Shown here: piece after piece, positions 17,591 to 24,705 of the stretch | Numbering within the stretch: the stretch's first letter is position 1 | Layout of the letters: the number at the start of each line of letters is the position of its first letter | Source of the DNA: Candidatus Harpocratesius repetitus | Lineage (GTDB): Archaea; Asgardarchaeota; Lokiarchaeia; Sigyniarchaeales; Promethearchaeaceae | Assembly: GCA_021498095.1 (NCBI GenBank) | Contig: JAIZWK010000001.1 | Coordinates: 1,920,001 to 1,952,000 of the forward strand | Direction of reading: 5' to 3' | Length of the DNA stretch: 32,000 bases | Program-made: the position numbers and the translations under genes | Notes under the pieces: generated by a model | The model's database searches: none | What the model was told of the DNA's origin: nothing | What the model saw: only the letters and a program-made list of their open reading frames with translations

Positions 17591-19514
17591 CCGGTGCTAC
17601 AAATGGGACTTCAATTAACATATTTCCCAAATTTGCCCGGGATAGTTGAATCGAGACATTATCTAAATTTTTTATTGCAACATTATTATAAACTTGTCGA
17701 TTTGGCATAGTTAAATTTGAAAGGTATGTTCCCATCGGTGAATAAATATCCCTAATATATGCAATATCACCGTCAATATATAATTGAAAAGAAAATTTAC
17801 CTTCATCTGTTGGTAGTAATGCGTTGTAAATATGTCCGTCCATTTCATGCGTCCGACCCACGTTTAAAATTTCCTCTCTTCCTATATTAACTATTGTTTT
17901 AGGCGGTATTTCTAAAAATCCTTGATTATAATCGCAATAAAGATAATATTTAATTCTTTTTTGAGGGGATTGGATTTTTTGAATTAATTTTCCTGCTGCG
18001 TCATAAATCCATTGTAATGCATCATAAACTTTAACCATATCTGCCATTCGATCTGCCGGCTCATATTGTGTCATATATTCTACTAGTTTATTGAATTCTT
18101 CTGGTAATTGTGGATTAAAATCGCTAGGATGAAGCACAAAATCTTCATTAGTGGCAGCAGCTCCTGCATAATGTCCTCCACTAAAAAGATAGAACATAAT
18201 ATGACCCAACATGTATATATCTGTTGTTGCAATTGGCTCAAATCCTGCCATTACTTCTGGAGGTGTGCCTCTATTTCGAATTCCTGTCGCTTCCGGCGTT
18301 GCTGATACGTAATAGGGTTTACGGGGATGATACATTTGATCCATTCCAATCTCTTTAGCCACTCCCCAATCAATAATTATTGGATAATAGTTTCCATCTT
18401 CTTGAGTTACAATCATTACATTTTGAACTGTTAAATCTCGGTGAACAATACCTTTTTGATGACAAAAATACATATGGCGAGTAATCGGCATTAAGATGTT
18501 CTTGATTAAATCTTGTAATGCAGTTAGAGTTAAATGGTCAAGATCAGGGAAATTTTGAATATACCATTTATCTAATGGAATTCCATCAATGAATTCTAAA
18601 AAGATATAGTATTCTGGATTTTGAAATTGTGTTAAATGAAGATTACCTAAGTATTTCATAGTTTTTTCAGGGGATTCACTTTGAATTTCGGTGATCTTTG
18701 ATTCTCTTTTCCAGTATTTTTCACAGAAGTTTTTACCTGATTCTGGATCATGAAATCGAGTGAAATAAAACTCTTTCAAAGCTGCAATTCGATCGGTGTT
18801 CATGTTTTTTACTTTATGAACTGCTCCCATACCTCCAGTTCCAATTTTTTCGATAATTTGGTATTTTTCACCATTTAATATTAAAATATCTCCATTTTTA
18901 ATCCCTGCATGAGTTTTTTCTACTAAAGCATTATCTGGTTTTGTAGGAGATGGAGGAAATGCCTGAATATTTTGAAAAATAGGATTTTTTTGGGCATTTA
19001 AATTAGAATTCTTTGAACTGACCTTTTGAGATGATGATTCTTCATTTCCTTCTATAATTGGGAAAGGTAAAAATGCACTTTTTTTTATTTTAGGTTTTGG
19101 TTGTGCTGCTAATGTTTTTGCCAATTCCAAAGCTTCATGTGAACTTGATGCAGCTAATTTCCTTCGTTTTGGGATTTTTGGTGGTAGTTTTGCATCAAAA
19201 CCTTTGATTGGTGAACTATTTTTAGATCTTAATGTATTACTATTACTCTTTGGTTTTACACCAATTCTAATCGCTTTTAGCTGACCCTTACAATTTGACG
19301 ATTGGCATATTAATTTTGAATTGCCATGTAGTTGAATGAAGCTATTTTTATTTTGAGTCAAACCACATTTCCGACATCGAAGAATAAATCTACCGCTTAT
19401 TTTTTCTAAGCGAAGATTATTGCATTGTTCACAAGTATGTGTTCCTTGGCTATCTAAAAGATAAATATTTTTACATTGAGGGCATTGAAAGAATTCTTTG
19501 GGAGAAATCGACAT
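17538..19514 (-). CDS. Hanks-type protein kinase with N-terminal tandem Zn-ribbon and C-terminal FHA-like domain
   Basis: GTGGMGAV, AALKE, HRDLTVQN, DWG, PPE, DIYMLG, R in subdomain XI; eight N-terminal Cys; C-terminal IGR...IRDIYSPMGT resembles FHA GR and D-x2-S-x-NGT. Confidence 0.93.
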   Translation of the reverse strand: MSISPKEFFQCPQCKNIYLLDSQGTHTCEQCNNLRLEKISGRFILRCRKCGLTQNKNSFIQLHGNSKLICQSSNCKGQLKAIRIGVKPKSNSNTLRSKNSSPIKGFDAKLPPKIPKRRKLAASSSHEALELAKTLAAQPKPKIKKSAFLPFPIIEGNEESSSQKVSSKNSNLNAQKNPIFQNIQAFPPSPTKPDNALVEKTHAGIKNGDILILNGEKYQIIEKIGTGGMGAVHKVKNMNTDRIAALKEFYFTRFHDPESGKNFCEKYWKRESKITEIQSESPEKTMKYLGNLHLTQFQNPEYYIFLEFIDGIPLDKWYIQNFPDLDHLTLTALQDLIKNILMPITRHMYFCHQKGIVHRDLTVQNVMIVTQEDGNYYPIIIDWGVAKEIGMDQMYHPRKPYYVSATPEATGIRNRGTPPEVMAGFEPIATTDIYMLGHIMFYLFSGGHYAGAAATNEDFVLHPSDFNPQLPEEFNKLVEYMTQYEPADRMADMVKVYDALQWIYDAAGKLIQKIQSPQKRIKYYLYCDYNQGFLEIPPKTIVNIGREEILNVGRTHEMDGHIYNALLPTDEGKFSFQLYIDGDIAYIRDIYSPMGTYLSNLTMPNRQVYNNVAIKNLDNVSIQLSRANLGNMLIEVPFVAPDGKTYRIPFKIYAQEVD

Positions 19515-19624
19515 TTTTTTTTACCGAAATGAGTGATCGCTATTAATAAATGGTTGATTTTGCTTAAAAAATTTATTTCATTAAAAAAATTCTTTTAACT
19601 TTAAATTGTATATATACTATTATT

Positions 19625-19843
19625 ATGGAATTGAATTCTAAAAAAACCGCTTTTATTCGTTATATGACTTCTGGTGATAAACCAATATTTCGAAACGAAC
19701 AAGATTATCCACTCGAAGATTTAATTCATCCATTAATATATAATGATCTTACCTCAAATAAAGGTAATTTATTAAAAATTCCTATGGCATATCATTTTCA
19801 ACGCCAATTTACAGCATTTGTTAAAAGTTTATTGCAAGATTGA
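19625..19843 (+). CDS. Small hypothetical protein (72 aa)
   Basis: ATG-started ORF filling the gap between the kinase and rnz, with codon composition like its neighbours; no recognisable motif. Confidence 0.5.
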   Translation: MELNSKKTAFIRYMTSGDKPIFRNEQDYPLEDLIHPLIYNDLTSNKGNLLKIPMAYHFQRQFTAFVKSLLQD

Positions 19844-19899
19844 CAATGAAGTTAATCTTCCCTAATAAATAAATCAAAGTAATCATTAATTCTTTTGAT

Positions 19900-20982
19900 A
19901 TGGAACTGATATTTCTAGGAACAAGCGGAGCCACTCCCACTAAGGAGCGAAATTTACCATCTGTTGCTCTTAGGTTGGATTCTGGGCATATTTTACTATT
20001 TGATGCAGGTGAAGATGTTCAACGAAGATTTGAAGCTGCAAATTTAAAATTTAATGTTCCATCAACAATTTTTATTTCACATTTACATGGAGATCACGTT
20101 ATTGGTCTTCCAGGTCTTTTATTTAATTTTCATCTTAATTCCCGCACAAAACCTTTAACAATTGTTGGTCCATTAGGTATTGCTTCTTTTTTATTAATGC
20201 ATTATCAAATTGTTGGATTAAAGGCTCAGAATTATCCATTAACTGTCATTGAAATTGTTCCTCCAAGATTGAATAATTCCAATTTCAAAAATTCTACAAA
20301 TAACGTTGAAAATCATCAAAAGAATCAAATTTCTCAAAATACTCAGATAATTGTTTATTCTCGCTTTTTAACACCTGAATATGAACGCAAATTTTTAACT
20401 AAAGAAGATAATATCATTTTTTCTGCAAAAAAGTATCACGTAAAACACTATTGGTTGAATCATTCTGTGCCTACTATGGGTTTTAGATTTGAAGAACATC
20501 CATTAAATGGAAAATTCAATCCAATACAAGCAAAAAAAATTGGTGTTCCTGAAGGAAAGTTGTGGAAACGCCTTCAAAATGGTCAATCAATCACATTAAA
20601 GGATGGACGAATAATAAATCCTGTCGAATCTGGTATTGTTACCCCTCCTCGACCTGGAAGGATTATTTGTTACGGTGCTGACACAGCAAAATGTGATTCA
20701 CTCGTTAAATTAGCTGAAAACGCAGATATTTTCATATGTGAATCTACATTTGGTAAAGAACTCCAAGATATAGCTATAGAAAAAAAACACCTTACTGCAG
20801 AAATGGCAGCAGAAATCGCCAAAAAGGCAAGAGTTCAAATGCTATTTTTAACTCATTTTTCCAGTCGTTATAAAGATGTAAAGGATTTATTAATTGAAGC
20901 CAAGCAAATATTCCCATCAACACAAACGGCTAAAGATCTTTTATCTGTAAATATAAAAGTTCGAAATCAAAAAAAGAATTAA
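19900..20982 (+). CDS. rnz: Ribonuclease Z (tRNA 3' endonuclease)
   Basis: FLGT...PT..RN, DAGE, SHLHGDH, GP-rich exosite GVPEG, ADT, EST, HLT, THFSSRY. Confidence 0.95.
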   Translation: MELIFLGTSGATPTKERNLPSVALRLDSGHILLFDAGEDVQRRFEAANLKFNVPSTIFISHLHGDHVIGLPGLLFNFHLNSRTKPLTIVGPLGIASFLLMHYQIVGLKAQNYPLTVIEIVPPRLNNSNFKNSTNNVENHQKNQISQNTQIIVYSRFLTPEYERKFLTKEDNIIFSAKKYHVKHYWLNHSVPTMGFRFEEHPLNGKFNPIQAKKIGVPEGKLWKRLQNGQSITLKDGRIINPVESGIVTPPRPGRIICYGADTAKCDSLVKLAENADIFICESTFGKELQDIAIEKKHLTAEMAAEIAKKARVQMLFLTHFSSRYKDVKDLLIEAKQIFPSTQTAKDLLSVNIKVRNQKKN

Positions 20983-20989
20983 TAATAGT

Positions 20990-21050
20990 AAAAAGAAATA
21001 AAAGTAAAAGGAAATAAAAAAAGGTTTACTATGGTGGTTAAAATCCACCA
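20990..21050 (-). terminator. Short hairpin plus U-rich tract after the ubiquitin-like gene
   Basis: TGGTGG/CCACCA inverted repeat (21032-21037 / 21045-21050) around the stop codon, followed on the minus strand by T-rich runs. Confidence 0.4.
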
Positions 21051-21247
21051 GCAATTTTAGGTAAAATAGTGATTTCGCTTCCTTGCTCAATTACATTATC
21101 TAAGCTAACTTTTTTTCCATTAGCTAAAACAACAAAAACTTTACTTTCTAATTTTAAATCTTTCAGCAATTCTCTTACCGTGCGTGTAGTTTGAACGCGG
21201 TAAGTCTTAAGTGTTCCAATTGTGTTAATTTCTTGAAGACTCTGCAT
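21038..21247 (-). CDS. MoaD/ThiS/SAMP-like ubiquitin-fold protein with a one-residue extension after the di-Gly (GG-F)
   Basis: 69 aa; VVLANG...LD..I..GSEITILPKIAGG is the beta-grasp sulfur-carrier pattern; codons GGT GGA TTT TAA. Confidence 0.88.
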   Translation of the reverse strand: MQSLQEINTIGTLKTYRVQTTRTVRELLKDLKLESKVFVVLANGKKVSLDNVIEQGSEITILPKIAGGF

Positions 21248-21471
21248 TGTTTTTCCCTTCTTGAAAATAAAACTTCTTCATTTTAATTGTGAAAAACAAC
21301 CCATTTAAATGTTATTCATATTATAAATTCGATTTAGTTGGAAAGATCAAGATTATGGAAGAATGGAAGAATTAAATATAGATTTTTTTTCAAAAGATAA
21401 CCTTTTTCAAAAATTGATTGTTTTTTTAGATAGCACTTGAATTATTTCAAGATTTCCCGTGATCTTTAATT

Positions 21472-23379
21472 ATGGATGATTCCCACATTTTTGCTGAACA
21501 AGAAGCTATTATTAATTATGTTAAACAAGCTATCCTCAAAATTAGTCATTGTTCAACAGAAACAGAAAAAGAACAGAGATTGTATGATTTATTAGCATAT
21601 CTTATATCTTCTTCTAATGACATCGCTCAGCGACATGATTTTTATGAAGCTGCTGGAAGGTTATATAGTGCAGCTTACTATTTAGAGCAACTTCATCCTT
21701 TAAAAGCCCAAGAAATCTATTTTCAAGTAATCAATTATTATCAAGCTTATACAGAACATCTAATTCATAAAAAAAACTTCTCAGAAGCAGCGAATGTAGT
21801 TTTGAAAATAGCATCTATATATAAAAAAAAAATAAAAAATCAAAATGAATATCTCGAACAACTAAAACTCGGAATAGAATTGTTGAAAAAATCATTTAAA
21901 ATTATTGAAGGTCCTCTTGAAAATTTATCAAACTTAAAATTAAGAGAAATTTGTCATAATCATCAAAATTTAGCTTTATTATATGAAAAAATAAAGAACT
22001 GGAATTTAATGCTTTTTGAAGCAAGAACTGCCCTAAAAATTGCTAAAAAGATACCTGATTATATGGTAGCTGCTAATTCTTTCCAATATATATCTCGTAG
22101 TATAAGCAATTTACAAAATAGAACCAAAGGAATAAATATACTTCTTGAAGCTATTGATTATTTTGCAAAAGAAGCAGAAAATTGCGAAATTAAAAACGAA
22201 TTCATACCTTTAGCTCAACTTTACCAAATCATTAAAAATTTGTATGATCAAATGAATAATGTTGAAAGATATGAATATTTTGCAAGAAAGGAAGCAGGTG
22301 TATATCTTGCCTTAGCTAACCAAGGAATACGAAATCGGATTAAAAATGAGCAAATCGCATCCTATTACAGAGGGGCTGCTTTGTGCTACCAGACTTTGAA
22401 AGGAAATTCAATTGATGCGGCCAGTTGTTTTTTTTTAGCGGCACACTATTCCAAAAAAGCGAAAAAATTTTATGATGCTGCAATAAGTTATGAGGATGCT
22501 GCTAAATTACTTGAGAATTTGCTTAAATATCAAAAAGCTTGGGATCTCTATCAACAGGCAAGTTCTTGTGCAATTCGTGTTAATGATTATGAATTAGCAA
22601 TTTTAAATTTGATTAATGCAGAAGCAGTTGGAACAAAAATAAATCAAGATCTTCAATGTTTATATCATAAAATGTATAAATACCTCTTAAAATATGCACA
22701 AATTCAACATTATAAAGAGAATTATTTTATTTCAGGAACACTTTTCTTAGAAGCTGCTGAAAGTCTCTCAAAACTTCCTGAAATACCAATTGATAAAATT
22801 AAAGGGATTCTTTATGCTTGTTATTGTGAATATCTCTCTCTTTTTCAAAAAACAGATATAAAATCTTATCCTTCTTCAACAATATATTATATTGGAGTTT
22901 TAGTAAATTTTCTAGATCCAATTTTTTCATCGATGACAGAAGAAGAGATTAAGTATTTAGAAGATATAAAAAAAAAAGTCGAAATATTTAATGAAAAAAC
23001 TAATAAAAAGAAAAAGAAAGATGAAAAAGATGTTAGATTTTTAATAGGTAATCATCATATTAATCTTAGTTCTTTAAATAAATATGAAAATCGAAATCTT
23101 AATGAGAATCAAGAGAAATATGAGAAATCTTTTTTCAAACTTCAATCTTCCCAAGAAATTTATGAATATTTAATTTCTCATGCTCCTAAAAAATATATTG
23201 ACTTAATTTCAACTCTGCGCGATTTTTTACATTCACTTAAACCTCTTAGAAAATCATTTTTCATAAAAAATAGAATTGTTTTTCCTGATCATGGAATTGC
23301 TGAAATCCTAAAAATCCATGATTTAATTCTTAAATATCCGTTACTATTAAAATCAAGTAATTCGATTTCTTTAATTTAA
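21472..23379 (+). CDS. TPR-like alpha-solenoid protein with a SNAP-like segment
   Basis: Repeated A-A-x-x-Y-x-x-A-A helices, e.g. AASCFFLAAHYSKKAKKFYDAAISYEDAAKLLE; no TM segment. Confidence 0.75.
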   Translation: MDDSHIFAEQEAIINYVKQAILKISHCSTETEKEQRLYDLLAYLISSSNDIAQRHDFYEAAGRLYSAAYYLEQLHPLKAQEIYFQVINYYQAYTEHLIHKKNFSEAANVVLKIASIYKKKIKNQNEYLEQLKLGIELLKKSFKIIEGPLENLSNLKLREICHNHQNLALLYEKIKNWNLMLFEARTALKIAKKIPDYMVAANSFQYISRSISNLQNRTKGINILLEAIDYFAKEAENCEIKNEFIPLAQLYQIIKNLYDQMNNVERYEYFARKEAGVYLALANQGIRNRIKNEQIASYYRGAALCYQTLKGNSIDAASCFFLAAHYSKKAKKFYDAAISYEDAAKLLENLLKYQKAWDLYQQASSCAIRVNDYELAILNLINAEAVGTKINQDLQCLYHKMYKYLLKYAQIQHYKENYFISGTLFLEAAESLSKLPEIPIDKIKGILYACYCEYLSLFQKTDIKSYPSSTIYYIGVLVNFLDPIFSSMTEEEIKYLEDIKKKVEIFNEKTNKKKKKDEKDVRFLIGNHHINLSSLNKYENRNLNENQEKYEKSFFKLQSSQEIYEYLISHAPKKYIDLISTLRDFLHSLKPLRKSFFIKNRIVFPDHGIAEILKIHDLILKYPLLLKSSNSISLI

Positions 23380-23481
23380 ATCAGAAAGTATATTGTGCTT
23401 ATGATAATTTCTGAGATTAATAAAAAAGATATCATTGAAGTTGAAAATGTTATAATAGGAAGAGGAGTTATTTTTTATGTT

Positions 23482-24189
23482 ATGAATGAAAAATTACTGA
23501 TAAATTTATTAAATCTACAAGATCCAATTAATAATCGACTATTTAGATTCTTGGATTATATAAATCGGATTTTAAATGCAACAAAAGCGCCTTATGTGCG
23601 AGATTTAGTTACATTAGATTATCTTACAACAACCTTAGAGATGGATTACAAAACTGCAGAAGGATTTTTAGATTTATTGGAAAAATTAGGAATTATTGAA
23701 TCTGATCAACATGGTGCTTTTCCAGGTTGTTTTTTAACCCCAAAAGGAAAGAAAATACTTGAAGAATTACGAACCATCTTTAATAATTCTCAAGCAAAGC
23801 AAGATATAATTAAATCAAGTTCAAAAAAAGTATTTATTTTAGGAAAAACTCAAGATCAGGAAATATCCGATGATTCTGAAACGATTTTAATAAAAGATCA
23901 TTTAAATAATTACTCAGAAGAACTAATTTTTAGATTCTTAAAATTCCATCTTGGTGTAATAAAAAATGCTCAAGTTCCCTATTTACGTGATTTAGTTGCA
24001 GAAGATTTTCTTAAAGATTGTGAACATCTAAGCTTCAAACAAACGTCAGATTTTATTTCTTCCCTCGTTGATAAGGGAATTTTAGCATATAATCAATTTG
24101 GCGCATTTCCAGGAACAACTGTAACAGATTTTGGAAAAAACATTTTCAGAAAGCTTAAAAAGAAAATAGGAAAAAATGAAAATCATTAG
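23482..24189 (+). CDS. Protein of two tandem homologous winged-helix-like domains
   Basis: FRFL..PY.RDLV..GI..Q.GAFPG..T..GK occurs twice (nt 23542-23760 and 23929-24147); ATG 23482 with GAGGAG upstream preferred over the GTG at 23395. Confidence 0.75.
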   Translation: MNEKLLINLLNLQDPINNRLFRFLDYINRILNATKAPYVRDLVTLDYLTTTLEMDYKTAEGFLDLLEKLGIIESDQHGAFPGCFLTPKGKKILEELRTIFNNSQAKQDIIKSSSKKVFILGKTQDQEISDDSETILIKDHLNNYSEELIFRFLKFHLGVIKNAQVPYLRDLVAEDFLKDCEHLSFKQTSDFISSLVDKGILAYNQFGAFPGTTVTDFGKNIFRKLKKKIGKNENH

Positions 24190-24207
24190 GTATTTTCATT
24201 CACAGAG

Positions 24208-24660
24208 TTAGAGCCATGGTTCTTTGGGTGAATCTAAAGCAATTCCATCCATTCCCTTTAATATTGCAATTTCTTTTTTAAGTAGTTTATATAAATACAT
24301 TGCATTTAACGGTTTATGAACAAATAAATCGCAATTAAGCCATTTTCGCGCTTCGCTAGTTTGTGCATCAATGTATATTCCAAACCGACTATGAGCTCCA
24401 GATAATGCAATAAGAAAAATATGATTTAAATTCTTATTATGTTTTACTCGATAGCAAAATTGGAAAGCTTCAGCATAATCAGTATCCATATTAATTACAA
24501 TTATCTGAACACTCTGTGATCCTAAAACATGATAAGCTTCTTCAAATGTTTTTACATGATAAAGTGAAAATCCTTTTTCTTCAAAAACATCTGTAAATCT
24601 ATTAATAGAAGGTGAATCCTCCATATTTATAAGTAAAATTGTATTGTATCCATATTCCAT
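24208..24660 (-). CDS. Stand-alone CheY-like receiver domain, atypical (phosphoacceptor Asp appears replaced by Asn)
   Basis: Receiver pattern TILLIN / QIIVINMD / LIALSG / DLFVHKP; GGAGG RBS; 45 nt downstream of hydA. Confidence 0.8.
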   Translation of the reverse strand: MEYGYNTILLINMEDSPSINRFTDVFEEKGFSLYHVKTFEEAYHVLGSQSVQIIVINMDTDYAEAFQFCYRVKHNKNLNHIFLIALSGAHSRFGIYIDAQTSEARKWLNCDLFVHKPLNAMYLYKLLKKEIAILKGMDGIALDSPKEPWL

Positions 24661-24705
24661 TTTATTTTCCTCCTAAATTTGTCTATTTTCTTTAATAGAT
24701 CTCAT

